The position numbers and the translations under genes were made by a program. Below, piece by piece: positions 9,901 to 19,450 of a stretch of 64,000 bases of DNA; position 1 is the first letter of the stretch; each line of letters opens with the position of its first letter. The notes under the pieces were generated by a model. It was not told where the DNA came from. It searched no databases and saw only the letters and a list, made by a program, of their open reading frames with translations. This stretch comes from Ignavibacteriota bacterium (GTDB lineage: Bacteria; Bacteroidota; Ignavibacteria; Palsa-1295). The stretch lies in contig CAWCCK010000033.1 of assembly GCA_963794025.1 (NCBI GenBank), positions 89,836 through 153,835 on the forward strand, in the 5' to 3' direction.

Positions 9901-10380
9901 TCCGATGGTGGGAATGATATACGATCCATCCCCGCTTTGGAACTGACTCGACATAAAATACACGGAGAGATCGGCACTGTCACAATACACATGGATGGCC
10001 TTGTTATCCGGGATGCCGCTCGATTCCATCTCCCAAAATTCGGGAATCGTGTAGGTGGATGTTTCATACGCCTTGACCGCGATCTCCGTCGTACTGCCAG
10101 GCACGCCACCCACGTATTGCGACGATACATACGCCGTGCAATTACTCGATGAAGTAATATAGATCTGTTTAAACGTTCCGATCTGTTCGATGCCCCACTG
10201 GTTGGAGGGCGCGGCGAACCAGAAATCGCGCCCCATCGAAGGAGCGTTGTTGTTATTCAGAGCGGTATTCGTTTTCACGATGCGATGATGAATGAGCGCC
10301 GTGCTCTGCGCGCGCGCCGCGTCAATGCCGAACGCCGCGATCAAAACCGCCGCAGCAAGTGTGATGAATGTGGATTTCAT
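6907..10380 (-). CDS. Giant T9SS surface protein, paralog 1 (IgGFc-binding-like N-domain, Ig-like repeats, T9SS CTD)
   Basis: Signal peptide. The N-domain pattern RDFWFA...IYITS...VYFMS...GSYIIPTIGWGMDYVVAAYGSLF...PSEC...GTIIHANQPVGV...YIYGYGNNKSYAW resembles the IgGFc_binding N-terminal domain family. The tail LVNVLGESVLRSTF...LPRGVYFYRLTSGQMSQSGKVILGE is shared by all four paralogs. Confidence 0.8.
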   Translation of the reverse strand: MKSTFITLAAAVLIAAFGIDAARAQSTALIHHRIVKTNTALNNNNAPSMGRDFWFAAPSNQWGIEQIGTFKQIYITSSSNCTAYVSSQYVGGVPGSTTEIAVKAYETSTYTIPEFWEMESSGIPDNKAIHVYCDSADLSVYFMSSQFQSGDGSYIIPTIGWGMDYVVAAYGSLFASDGGEGTYDLPSECMIVASQDNTIFEFTPSCDCRQCYGGNFYGDTNSKIVVYPQGATQTFQLNRGQCMQFMPVQASDDSNFDMSGTIIHANQPVGVLGASQDPEIPAGFSSPNFVCEMMPPVRTWGETYYAANPIQPPGENNKDFARYLFISTMDSQTIVRRDAQTGTHIECVIPNRFGIFWDELELGQKIYSNAPFLCAWYLNGATYPDGVQGLGDPAECTISPKEQYTKSILFQTPVPPNNDGTYDDFANIIVNVNDAKNVLFDEKGILGYAAQPNDGQWEVFNIPHIAPGVHTITNSDSGVGAYIYGYGNNKSYAWGTPSSCGTFNSPDTIPPLADTLGQCFNAFVHVVDSGLLPDSLHQQSGLSMIRLDSSSNMNYNVDNNFIEGSGVDTSGYTMNVINPDEPATLVVSIYDFAGNVTTITSVYEPAIVSIKPPIQNLGVTLLGSVVPNIKFDTIFNTGQVAFDFGTLKLLKGDVGFTIFDSIGGPLDLSPLDPGQHRLIMIKFLAIGQSFAVDSIIFGNACFTQAVALIGGDGASDFLVTSQDWINVPVPAPAGGYVRTVTIENLSTVAITIDSEWWRDQIHFQAVPGQLPITIPKSPGSGAFRIAYFPDSNSLTTPDRTQGKWFSDSVKSSNGSLIPEFDSLIGNGAAPSETFLQSIDTTFDCVSMTDTATAYFTITATGTANSYINLVTQSDTTDFFNLLGTVNGSNATWNPKTQAQELTPGQTATISVQYVVPDSTNETLVDHLRAINGTGETIGDTALNLTVHVTLSAATTNPVQLQFGPVNFQTQNANTTQRVFFIQNVGTLPLPIDFLVLDPGGPFNAAFSFTTTPPCPDTLQAGQSMTVTVDFNDSINDAPVQTALLEIVGDMCNELIDTLTGTIANSGVKEGSPMMIAPSLNATIIPAEDCRSLEIILPTSLVGAVNFSLVNVLGESVLRSTFSVGAQTLDASSLPRGVYFYRLTSGQMSQSGKVILGE

Positions 10381-10419
10381 TGTTGTGTGTTACTTAAAAA
10401 ATCTCTTGTTAGTTATTAC

Positions 10420-10554
10420 GTCATTGCGAGGAGGAATTGCTACGCGATAGCGTAGCAATTCCGACGAAGCAATCCGTTGAGATCAAGCCAAATCTCAACG
10501 GATTGCTTCGTCGCGTTCGGCTTCCTTCGGTCGCCGAACGCTCCTCGCAATGAC
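10420..10554. repeat. Family-1 structured repeat
   Basis: Same outer stem and central gacgaagcaatc/gattgcttcgtc hairpin as 6741. Hairpins 1 and 3 have different sequences but are still perfectly paired (ggaattgctacgc/gcgtagcaattcc; gcgttcggc/gccgaacgc). Confidence 0.85.
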
Positions 10555-10576
10555 GTGCTTAATAATTTCTCCATTC

Positions 10577-13270
10577 TTACTCTCCCAAAATAACCTTCCC
10601 ACTCTGGCTCATCTGCCCCGAAGTTAAACGATAGAAATACACCCCGCGTGGGAGAGAAGAAGCATCCACCGTTTGCACTCCCGCGCTGAACGTGGAGCGC
10701 AGTACGCTTTCACCGAGCACATTTACTAATTCGAAGCTGATCGAGGCGGCCAAATAGGATGGAAGGATTATTTGCAGCGAGCGGTCATCGTTGGTGGGAA
10801 GGATCGTAGCTTGCGAAGTAGAATTATTGGTTTCGTTCACGCTCGATTGGGTAGCAGCCCATCCGATCAAAGTATCGTTCTGAGGAATTTTTGTACTCGA
10901 CTCGAACACCTGCGGGCTGAACCAGCTTCCTTGCGTGTTATTGTGTGCGATCGCGGAATTGGAATCAGGGAAATAGGCGATGGTGAATATCGAAACGGTC
11001 GGTGCAGCAGCGACGGGAACAGGAAACATACTGACCGCTTTGAAATGAACGGTATCGGCCCACCACGCTGAATCGATCGTGATCGGATGGTTCGAAAGAT
11101 TGCTAATAGTTACCGTATTTTGATACCCACCCGGAGGCGCGGGCAGAGGTTCGTTCTGCCACGTCTGATTCGAAACGGAAAATTCTGCGCTACCGCCATT
11201 TCCTGTAAGCGCGACGGCATTCAGCTCGCATTCGGTTCCAAAGAGAATGCTATCCATTGCGGATGCAGTAGTTAGTGCCTTGAATTGAACCTGTATCAGC
11301 CTGCGTTCGCCCGGCAGGATCGGAGACAGATCGAGTGGCCCTCCGATACTGTCGAAAATTGTAAATCCAACGTTCCCATGCAGCAAGCGGAGTTCATCGA
11401 AGTTGTAGGGCGTCGTTCCCAAATTATAAATAGTGTCATAAGCAGTATTCGGTGGAATTCCGAGTGTCCAGGTTCCCAGATTTCTTAGCGGCGGCTCGAG
11501 GCCGGCATAATGCGTTTGGTAGGTGGTTGTGATCGTCGTTAGGTTTCCAGCGCGATCGGACACATCGACAATGAGCGATCCTGGCTTGCTTGAATCAATA
11601 ACGGTTGCAGCGTAACCGTTGCTATCTGCACCGGAGCCTTCCAGCCAATTCGGATCGGGAAGGAATGTCATGTTAGTGCTCGTATCAAGCCAGATCGCAG
11701 CCAGCCCACTTTGTGAACCACGATTATTGGGAAGGTTTCCGGAATCCGTTACATGGACGAACATCCGATAGCACTCTACCATTGTATCGGCGTGAGGCGG
11801 GATGGAATCCGGTGACTTAAACGCCGCGACGCCAGCGGGCGAAGACCACGCATAGGATTCATCATATCCATAACCGTATGCATACACTCCAACGCCAGAA
11901 TCGCTTGTTACGGTATGCACACCCGGCGCGAGATTTGGTATCGTGAAGATCTCGAACGTATCATCGACACACTCTGCAGTATAACCGGTAATACCATTTC
12001 CATCGAAGAGCGTATGTTTCGCATCGCTGTCATTAACAATGATAGTGGCATAATTAAAATACGGTACCGTGCTTCCCGCATTTAAAGGCGTTTCAAATAC
12101 GACGGATTTTGAAAATTGTTCGCGCGGATTGATGGTAACTTCCGCAGGATAGCCCTCGCCGCTGACGCCATCGGGATAGGAATAGCTATTAATATACGAA
12201 ACGAGCAGGAATGGCGCATCGCTGCTAAATTTATGAGTTCCCTGCACCTCATCCCAATAAATGCCATATTGTTTAGCGATCACACACTCCGTCGTATCCC
12301 GGTTCCCACAACTCTGACGGTAAATAGTCTGCCCCGGCTTGGATGCAATGAATAAATACTGTGCAATATCATGGCTCGGTGTGCTGGCGGACTGCGCGTA
12401 ATTGGTTACATAGTAGTTCTCACCCCAGGTTTGAACGGGCGGGGTCATTTCGCAGAGGAACTCGGAATACGGAAAATCAGCCGGAATTTCTGCATCCATC
12501 GAGCCGCCGATCACGCCGATGGGATAATTCGAATGAAGGATCGTTCCCGTAAGATCGAAATGAACCGCATCGGAATCTTTGGTGGACTGTAGCTGCATCG
12601 ACTGCCCGCGATCGAGCCGGACGCTAAACGTTGAATCCGCCGGATAGGCAATGACATTTGCATTGGCTTCACCATTGAGGTTCCCGCTCGTGCCTTGACG
12701 CAGATCGCAGGAGGGTGTAATTCGAACAATCGTACTATCCGCGTATGCCACAAACACACATTCCGAGGGAAGATCAAACTCAGAACCACCCGATTCGAAT
12801 AACGATCCATACGCGGCGACGACATAATCGGTGTCCCATCCGATCGTGGGAATGACGTAGGAACCTTCCGAACAATATGGTACAGCTGACATAAAATACA
12901 CGGAAATATCCGCATCATTGGAATAGACATGAATGCCTTTATTTTCGACGATGCAGCTCGATTCCATTTCCAGAGTGATGGGTATTTGGAAAACAGAGGT
13001 CACGTACGCTGTGACGGGAACGCTATCTAACGTGCCTCCGGCTTCTACCCAAGCCGTAGTATTTTGGGAGGAAGTAATGTAGAGCCGTATGTATTTGCCG
13101 CCTTCATTCACACCCCATTGGTTCGATGGAAGCGCAAGCCAGCAATCGCGGCCCTCCGGAACCGCAGGGCCGCGTACTTGGGAACTGATCGTGCTCGAAA
13201 GCTGCGCATGGGCCGTTGTACACGCCGCAAGCATGAGCGCCGCTGCGAGTAGGATGGATGTTCGTTTCAT
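10577..13270 (-). CDS. Giant T9SS surface protein, paralog 2
   Basis: 897 aa. The signal peptide MKRTSILLAAALMLAACTTAHAQLSS is almost identical to that of paralog 3. Same N-domain motifs (YAYGYGYDESYAW) and the same 50-aa CTD. Confidence 0.8.
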   Translation of the reverse strand: MKRTSILLAAALMLAACTTAHAQLSSTISSQVRGPAVPEGRDCWLALPSNQWGVNEGGKYIRLYITSSQNTTAWVEAGGTLDSVPVTAYVTSVFQIPITLEMESSCIVENKGIHVYSNDADISVYFMSAVPYCSEGSYVIPTIGWDTDYVVAAYGSLFESGGSEFDLPSECVFVAYADSTIVRITPSCDLRQGTSGNLNGEANANVIAYPADSTFSVRLDRGQSMQLQSTKDSDAVHFDLTGTILHSNYPIGVIGGSMDAEIPADFPYSEFLCEMTPPVQTWGENYYVTNYAQSASTPSHDIAQYLFIASKPGQTIYRQSCGNRDTTECVIAKQYGIYWDEVQGTHKFSSDAPFLLVSYINSYSYPDGVSGEGYPAEVTINPREQFSKSVVFETPLNAGSTVPYFNYATIIVNDSDAKHTLFDGNGITGYTAECVDDTFEIFTIPNLAPGVHTVTSDSGVGVYAYGYGYDESYAWSSPAGVAAFKSPDSIPPHADTMVECYRMFVHVTDSGNLPNNRGSQSGLAAIWLDTSTNMTFLPDPNWLEGSGADSNGYAATVIDSSKPGSLIVDVSDRAGNLTTITTTYQTHYAGLEPPLRNLGTWTLGIPPNTAYDTIYNLGTTPYNFDELRLLHGNVGFTIFDSIGGPLDLSPILPGERRLIQVQFKALTTASAMDSILFGTECELNAVALTGNGGSAEFSVSNQTWQNEPLPAPPGGYQNTVTISNLSNHPITIDSAWWADTVHFKAVSMFPVPVAAAPTVSIFTIAYFPDSNSAIAHNNTQGSWFSPQVFESSTKIPQNDTLIGWAATQSSVNETNNSTSQATILPTNDDRSLQIILPSYLAASISFELVNVLGESVLRSTFSAGVQTVDASSLPRGVYFYRLTSGQMSQSGKVILGE

Positions 13271-13302
13271 TGTTCTATTTTACTATAAAAATTTTATAAA
13301 GT

Positions 13303-13448
13303 TGTCATCCTGAGCGCAGCAATCCGACGCGAAGCGTCGGATTGCGGAGTCGAAGGATCTCCGGACATCACCACAGAGCGAAACGTCCGGAGATCCTTCG
13401 ACTCCGTTTTTCTCGACTTTGTCGAGAAAAACTCCGCTCAGGATGACA
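13303..13448. repeat. Family-2 structured repeat (TGTCATCCTGAGCG...CGCTCAGGATGACA), four-way-junction fold
   Basis: Outer stem gtcatcctgagcg/cgctcaggatgac encloses gcaatccgacgc/gcgtcggattgc, gagtcgaaggatctccggac/gtccggagatccttcgactc and gtttttctcgac/gtcgagaaaaac. Other copies are at 28128 (inverted) and 37122. Confidence 0.85.
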
Positions 13449-13470
13449 TGTTTATGATTTCGCATGTCTG

Positions 13471-16400
13471 TTACTCTCCCAAAATAACCTTCCCACTCTG
13501 GCTCATCTGTCCAGAAGTTAGTCGGTAAAAATACACTCCGCGCGGAAGCGAAGAAGCGTCTATATTTTCCGTTCCCACGCCGAACGTGGAGCGCAGCACG
13601 CTTTCGCCGAGCACATTTACGAGCAAGAAATTCACCGAGCCAGAAATATTTGTGGGAAGAATTATTTGCAGTGCGCGGCCATCGTCGGTTGGAAGGATCG
13701 TTGCATCGAGCGATGGAATGATCGTTTCTTTAACGCCCGCTCCTGCAACGATCGCGGTAAGCGTTTCAGAAATTTGGGCACACGCGTTCGTCGTAAAGAT
13801 AAGCTGCGTTTGTTGTTTTACGACATCGAATAGCGAGTCGTTGAAATCGAGCGTAAGAGGTAACGTTCCACCAACCGGCAGCGTGTCTGGGAATGTTACG
13901 CCGGCCGGGAGCGAGAACGTAAACGCCGGGTTGTATTGATTAAGCTCTTGCAGCGCGATCGTATCGACGATCAACGGTGCGTTTCGCGCTGTGTTCTGAA
14001 GCGCAACAGACGATGTAGTAAGTGCAGGATTGTTGACCTGAAATCCCGGCAGGACAAACGTTTGGCTTGGCGGGTTCAGGGTTCCCGCATTAAAGTTCAC
14101 ATTCACGGTAAGGAATAGCGGCCCGCCGCCAATGGTGTCTCCAAAACCATCGATCGCGATGAAGTTATCTCCAAAGCCAACATTATTGCTATCCGGCACA
14201 ATATAGTTGACCGATATAAGAGCGGTCTGCCCGGGAGTCAACGTCTGTGCAGTGGTTACAGGGTTCCACGAGACGCCGTTATCGAGCGTGCCGGTAAGGT
14301 TAAAGAAATTAATGCTATCGTATTGCGCAATGCGCGCGATGGTGCTCGGCGCAGTTCCCGTGGCGGTGATCGTGAATGCGGAGGTCGCGGTTTCGCTGGC
14401 AAGCACGCAATCGAAGGTGGTATCGATGCTTTGGGTGAACGTTTCGCTTGGCGCGACGGCAGACCCGGTCAGGCTATCGAAATGGGGAACTTCTGTTAAG
14501 CCTTCGAGGACATCCGGGCTGGTCCAGCTTCCTTCGGTGCCATCGGGAGTCATAAGGGAATTAGAATCCGGGCAATACTCGATGGTGAACTGGGCGCTGG
14601 CCGGCGCTGGCGGGATCGTAATTGGGAACGTACTTACGGCATGGAAATGGAACGCATCTTTCCAGAACGCTTTATCGATCGTTAGCGTATCGGTCGAAAA
14701 ATTAAAGATCGTAACCGTTTTTGGATAGCACGTAGGCGGTTGGGTAAGCACTGCATTGGGCCAACTTTGGCTGGTAACGAAGAAATTCGCCTGGCCGCCG
14801 CTCCCGATCAGCGCGACCGATCGTTCCCAACAACTATTGCCATAAATGATGCTGTCGAACTCCGGGATGGTTTCGATCGCTTCGAAGGTAATTTTTATCA
14901 GCCGCCGCTCGCCCGGTTGAAGCGGTGAGAGATCGAGCGGCCCGCCAATGCTATCGAATAGGGAAAACCCGACATTGCCTTTAAGCAAATGAAGTTCCGA
15001 AATATCGAACACGGCCTGCCCGGTATTGTACAGCGTATCGAAACGGATGTTTGCTGGGCCGCTCAACCAGGTTCCCAGATTTTGCAGCGGAGGCTTCATG
15101 CTATCGATGATCGGCGTGTAGGCGCTCCGGATCGTGGTATGGTTACCGGCGCAATCGAACACGGAGACGATAAGAATTCCCGGCTTCGACGGGTTGACGA
15201 CGGTCATGCTGTAGCCGCTGGTGTCCGTTTCCGAGCCTTCGACCCAATTCAGATCGGTCTCGAAATTCATATTATACACCGAATCGAGCCGTATCATATC
15301 GAGCTTCGAAGCAAGCGCGCCGGTGTCCGAAAGATGAATGAACGATTCCAAACACTCGGTGGAGATCGTTGCGAGAGGAGCGGCGGTATCCGGGGATTGG
15401 AACGATTTGCACTGTTCTGTGGAACCCCACGCATAGGTTTCATCGTAACCATAGCCATAGATATACACGCCGACGCCGGAATCGCTGGTAACTTCATGTA
15501 CGCTCGGCGCAATATGTGGAATGTTGAAGATCTCGAAGGTATCGTCAATACAGACCGCGCCAAAGCCAAGAATGCCTTTGTGATCGAAGAGGACATTCTT
15601 CGCGTCATCAACTCTGCAAATGATCTGAGCATAATCGTCATAAGGAACGATATTTCCTACGCTAAGCGGCGTTTCAAAGACCACGTTCTTTGTAAATTGA
15701 TCGCGTGAGGGAATAACGACTTCCGCCGGATCGCCTAAGCCGTTGTTACCATCGGGATAGGTTGCGCCATTGAGATACTGCACGACCAAGAACGGCGCGG
15801 TGCTTGTGAACTTTTGCCCGAGGCTCAACTCATCCCAAAAAACTCCGAATTGTTTGGGAATGATACACTCCGTTCGTAGGCTCGAATCGCAGGTTTGGCG
15901 TAAAATAGTTTGTCCCGGCTGGGAGGAAATGAATAAATACATCGCAGCGTCCTTTTGGGTCTCTCCGGGTGGCTGAACCGGACTGGTTGCGTAGTACGTC
16001 TCGTCCCAGGTGCGGATAGGCGGGATCATTTCTTCGACATGATCGCAATACGGGTAATCGGCAGGGATATTTGGGCACACCGATCCGCCTTCAACGCCGA
16101 CCGGCTTGTTGGCATGAATGATCGTTCCCGTCATATCGAAACCGGTATCGGCTTCCGATTTTACCGGCATGAATTCCATGCACTGCCCGCGGTTGAGTGT
16201 AAATGTGTATGTGGAATCTGCGAAAAAAACGATGATCGTCGAATTGGGATCGCCAGCATCATTCCCGCTGGTGCTACTGCGGCAATCGCACGGTGGAGTG
16301 AAGGAGAAAACAGTACTATCCTGATTCGCAACGACCATCATGGTCGAGGGAAGGTCAAAACCGTAACTCCCGCCGCCCTCGAAGAGCGATCCATACGCGG

Positions 16401-16872
16401 CCACAACGTAATCGGTACCCCAGCCGATCGTGGGAATGATATAGGAACCGTCCGATGTGTACGGATTATGGGACAGATCGTACACCGCAAGATCAGCCGT
16501 ATTGGAATAGACGTGAATCACTTTATTTTCTGCAATGCCGCTCGATTCCATCTCCCAGAATTCGGGAATTTTGTAACTCGAAATCTCATAGGCTGTTACC
16601 GGTATGGGAGTTATAGCGCCAGCAACTCCACCTACATATTGCGATGCCACGAACGCCGTGCAATTCTGATCCGATGTAATGTAAATACGCATATACTTCC
16701 CGCCGAGATCGATGCCCCAATAATTCGATTGCATCGCAAACCAAAAATCGCGGCCTTGTGCAAAGGTGGAATCGTGCTTGAGCGTGCTGACGCTGCTCGA
16801 AAGCTGCGCGTGTGCTGTTGTGGATGCCGCAAGCATAAGCGCCGCAGCGAGTAGGATAGATGTTCGTTTCAT
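13471..16872 (-). CDS. Giant T9SS surface protein, paralog 3
   Basis: 1133 aa, with the same architecture and CTD as paralogs 1, 2 and 4. Confidence 0.8.
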   Translation of the reverse strand: MKRTSILLAAALMLAASTTAHAQLSSSVSTLKHDSTFAQGRDFWFAMQSNYWGIDLGGKYMRIYITSDQNCTAFVASQYVGGVAGAITPIPVTAYEISSYKIPEFWEMESSGIAENKVIHVYSNTADLAVYDLSHNPYTSDGSYIIPTIGWGTDYVVAAYGSLFEGGGSYGFDLPSTMMVVANQDSTVFSFTPPCDCRSSTSGNDAGDPNSTIIVFFADSTYTFTLNRGQCMEFMPVKSEADTGFDMTGTIIHANKPVGVEGGSVCPNIPADYPYCDHVEEMIPPIRTWDETYYATSPVQPPGETQKDAAMYLFISSQPGQTILRQTCDSSLRTECIIPKQFGVFWDELSLGQKFTSTAPFLVVQYLNGATYPDGNNGLGDPAEVVIPSRDQFTKNVVFETPLSVGNIVPYDDYAQIICRVDDAKNVLFDHKGILGFGAVCIDDTFEIFNIPHIAPSVHEVTSDSGVGVYIYGYGYDETYAWGSTEQCKSFQSPDTAAPLATISTECLESFIHLSDTGALASKLDMIRLDSVYNMNFETDLNWVEGSETDTSGYSMTVVNPSKPGILIVSVFDCAGNHTTIRSAYTPIIDSMKPPLQNLGTWLSGPANIRFDTLYNTGQAVFDISELHLLKGNVGFSLFDSIGGPLDLSPLQPGERRLIKITFEAIETIPEFDSIIYGNSCWERSVALIGSGGQANFFVTSQSWPNAVLTQPPTCYPKTVTIFNFSTDTLTIDKAFWKDAFHFHAVSTFPITIPPAPASAQFTIEYCPDSNSLMTPDGTEGSWTSPDVLEGLTEVPHFDSLTGSAVAPSETFTQSIDTTFDCVLASETATSAFTITATGTAPSTIARIAQYDSINFFNLTGTLDNGVSWNPVTTAQTLTPGQTALISVNYIVPDSNNVGFGDNFIAIDGFGDTIGGGPLFLTVNVNFNAGTLNPPSQTFVLPGFQVNNPALTTSSVALQNTARNAPLIVDTIALQELNQYNPAFTFSLPAGVTFPDTLPVGGTLPLTLDFNDSLFDVVKQQTQLIFTTNACAQISETLTAIVAGAGVKETIIPSLDATILPTDDGRALQIILPTNISGSVNFLLVNVLGESVLRSTFGVGTENIDASSLPRGVYFYRLTSGQMSQSGKVILGE

Positions 16873-16897
16873 TGTTGTGTGTTAAAAAATCTGATAT

Positions 16898-19222
16898 TTA
16901 TTCTCCCAAAATAACCTTCCCACTCTGGCTCACTTGTCCCGAAGTTAGCCGGTAGAAATACACCCCTCGCGGCAGCGAAGAAGCATCGATATTTTGCGTT
17001 CCCGCGTTGAACGTAGAGCGCAGTACGCTTTCGCCGAGCACATTGGAAAGCTGGAATGTTATCGGAGCATTCACATCAGATGGAGGGATTATTTCTAAGG
17101 AGCGGCCATCGCTCATGGGAAGGATCGTAATTTGGAACGATACATTTGCAGCAACCGACTCATTCTGTTGCCCGGAACCAATAACGGCCACAGAAATGCT
17201 GTCGCAGTCATTGCCAGCAATAATGCTATCGACGGAGGCCGTCTTTGTGTTGGCCTGAAATTGAATTTCTATCACTCTGCGTCCACCCGTCGGGATCGGA
17301 GATAGATCGAGCGGCCCGCCCGTGCTATCGAACAGCGAAAATCCGACATTGCCATCTCGCAAATGCAGCACGCTCAGATCGAACGGAGCTTGCCCTTGAT
17401 TGATGATGGTATCGAACGCGACATTCGGGGAACCTGAAATCCAAACGCCAAGATTTTGTAGCGGCGGCTCGATCTCGATGAAATTCGGTTTGTACGTGGA
17501 AGTAACCGTCGTTTCATTCCCAGCCAGATCGAACACATCCACAATGAGGATTGCGGGCAGAGCCGGATCGACCACATTGATGCTATATCCGCTGGTATCG
17601 GCTCCCGATCCTTCGATCCAGTCGTTATCGACGTTGAAACTCATATTATAGACCGAATCGAGCAGAATTTCGCCAAGCCCAGTTTGTGTATCGGTGCTGT
17701 TCGGCAGGAACCCGGAATCGCTAAGATGAATGAACGCCCTGTAGCACATACTGCTCGTATCGACGTGTGGTGGGATGGTATCCGGGGAATTAAACAGCGG
17801 GGCTGCGCTCAAAAAAGACCATGCGTAAGCATTATTAAAGCCGTAGCCATAGATATAAACCCCCACGCCGGAATCACTGTTTATCTCATGCGTACCCGGT
17901 GCAATATGCGGTATGTTATACACTTCGAACGTATCATCAATGGGCTGCGCTCCATAACCAAGAATGCTTTTATCATCGAAGGTTACATTCTTGTCGTTCA
18001 CATTACAAATGATATTCGCGTAATCGTCATAAGGAACGATAGTGCCGACAGCGAGCGGTGTTTCCAGTGTGACTGTTTTTGCATATTGTTGGAGGGTAAG
18101 AATAGAAAATTCTGACGGGCCTCCAATGCCATTTATGCTATCCGGATAGGTTGAGCTATTGATATACGCAACAACTAAAAACGGTGCGCTGCTATAGAAC
18201 TTTTGCGCGAGTTCCAATTCATCCACAAATACACCGTATTGATTTGCTATCACGCACTCAACCTGATCGGTCGAATTATATTCATGGCGAAAAATTGTTT
18301 GGTTCGGCTTGGACGCAATAAATACATAGCGCGTATAATCATGGTCAGTCTCGCCGACTGGCTCAGTGACACTTGCCGCGTAGTTGGTAGTGCTCCAGGA
18401 ACGAATGGGTGTGATTGCACTGCACACGAAATTACCCTCAGTATAACCGGCTGGAATATCTGCCAGCATACATCCTCCGATCACGCTAATGGGACGATCC
18501 GCATGAATCAAGGTTCCTGTCAGATCGAAATTATCTGCGTCGACCGCAAAGACGGGCATAAGCTGCATGGATTGGCCTCGATTCAGCGTGACGCTGAACG
18601 GCACTCCTGCCGGAAACGCTACGACCATCGAACTGGAATCCCCAGCGTCAGTGCCGCTTGTACTCTTCCTGCAATTGCAGGAAGGCGTGATGGTGACGGT
18701 GGTGTTATCTTCGGTTGCAGTGATGGTGCATTCGGAAGGATAGTCGAACTGATTACCGCCGGCCTCGTACAACGAACCATACGCAGCCACAACATAATCG
18801 TTACCCAAGCCGACCGATGGAATAAGATAGGAACCATTAGACGAGTAGGTGTTATACGACAGGAAACTGACCGAGATATTCGTGCTGATGGAATAGACAT
18901 GAATCCCCTTGCTCTCGGCGATGCCGCTCGATTCCATTTCCAGCGTATCGGGAACCTTGAAGGCCGAAATCGTATTTGCCGTGACGGGCACCATGGTCGT
19001 GCTTCCATTCAGCGACACATAAGCATTGCAACTAGTTTGGGAAGTAATATAAATACGAATGAATTTACCGCCCAAATTCTCGCCCCAATAATTCGACGGC
19101 AGCGCGAACCAAAAATCGCTGCCGGACGTGTATTTTTCGGAAGTGACGGTGCTCGAAAGCTGCGCGTTAGCCGTGCCGATGGAGAGGCTTAGAATTGCTG
19201 AGAGCAGAAGTAATTTTTTCAT
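16898..19222 (-). CDS. Giant T9SS surface protein, paralog 4 (first gene of the tandem array)
   Basis: 774 aa with a signal peptide, the same N-domain motifs (YIYGYGFNNAYAW) and the same CTD. Only 25 nt separate it from paralog 3. Confidence 0.8.
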   Translation of the reverse strand: MKKLLLLSAILSLSIGTANAQLSSTVTSEKYTSGSDFWFALPSNYWGENLGGKFIRIYITSQTSCNAYVSLNGSTTMVPVTANTISAFKVPDTLEMESSGIAESKGIHVYSISTNISVSFLSYNTYSSNGSYLIPSVGLGNDYVVAAYGSLYEAGGNQFDYPSECTITATEDNTTVTITPSCNCRKSTSGTDAGDSSSMVVAFPAGVPFSVTLNRGQSMQLMPVFAVDADNFDLTGTLIHADRPISVIGGCMLADIPAGYTEGNFVCSAITPIRSWSTTNYAASVTEPVGETDHDYTRYVFIASKPNQTIFRHEYNSTDQVECVIANQYGVFVDELELAQKFYSSAPFLVVAYINSSTYPDSINGIGGPSEFSILTLQQYAKTVTLETPLAVGTIVPYDDYANIICNVNDKNVTFDDKSILGYGAQPIDDTFEVYNIPHIAPGTHEINSDSGVGVYIYGYGFNNAYAWSFLSAAPLFNSPDTIPPHVDTSSMCYRAFIHLSDSGFLPNSTDTQTGLGEILLDSVYNMSFNVDNDWIEGSGADTSGYSINVVDPALPAILIVDVFDLAGNETTVTSTYKPNFIEIEPPLQNLGVWISGSPNVAFDTIINQGQAPFDLSVLHLRDGNVGFSLFDSTGGPLDLSPIPTGGRRVIEIQFQANTKTASVDSIIAGNDCDSISVAVIGSGQQNESVAANVSFQITILPMSDGRSLEIIPPSDVNAPITFQLSNVLGESVLRSTFNAGTQNIDASSLPRGVYFYRLTSGQVSQSGKVILGE

Positions 19223-19266
19223 ATTTTTTGAGTCAGAAGCAAGTGATGTTGGGATGAGCGAAAGGG

Positions 19267-19314
19267 CACTCCCTAATAGTAAATCGCACAGGGTCGCTCG
19301 GGTTACAAAAAAAT
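19267..19314 (-). promoter_or_regulatory. Conserved upstream element, candidate ECF-sigma-type promoter (TGTAAC-N15-CGAT)
   Basis: In gene orientation it reads atttttttgtaacccgagcgaccctgtgcgatttactattaggg, ~80 nt upstream of the paralog-4 ATG. A near-identical ~45-nt block lies 70 nt upstream of the T9SS cargo gene at 52825. Confidence 0.45.
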
Positions 19315-19450
19315 TTTGAGAAAAATGAAAAAAGCCTCAAATCAGGCTGTTTTGGGCAATAAATTTTTGAAGAAAAATCGGGAATTGGGGATGGTTGGGC
19401 CGGGTCAATCGGACATTACCCGTCATTGCGAGGAGTCTTGACATGCAAAC

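Noticed and set aside
14989-19192. Long + strand ORFs antisense to the paralog genes (14989..15708, 15955..16854 and 18203..19192; also 8074..8619, 9553..10152 and 7088..7543)
   Set aside because: These are shadow ORFs opposite much longer, motif-rich genes. Their translations are Arg/Ile/His-rich with no motifs or signal peptides.
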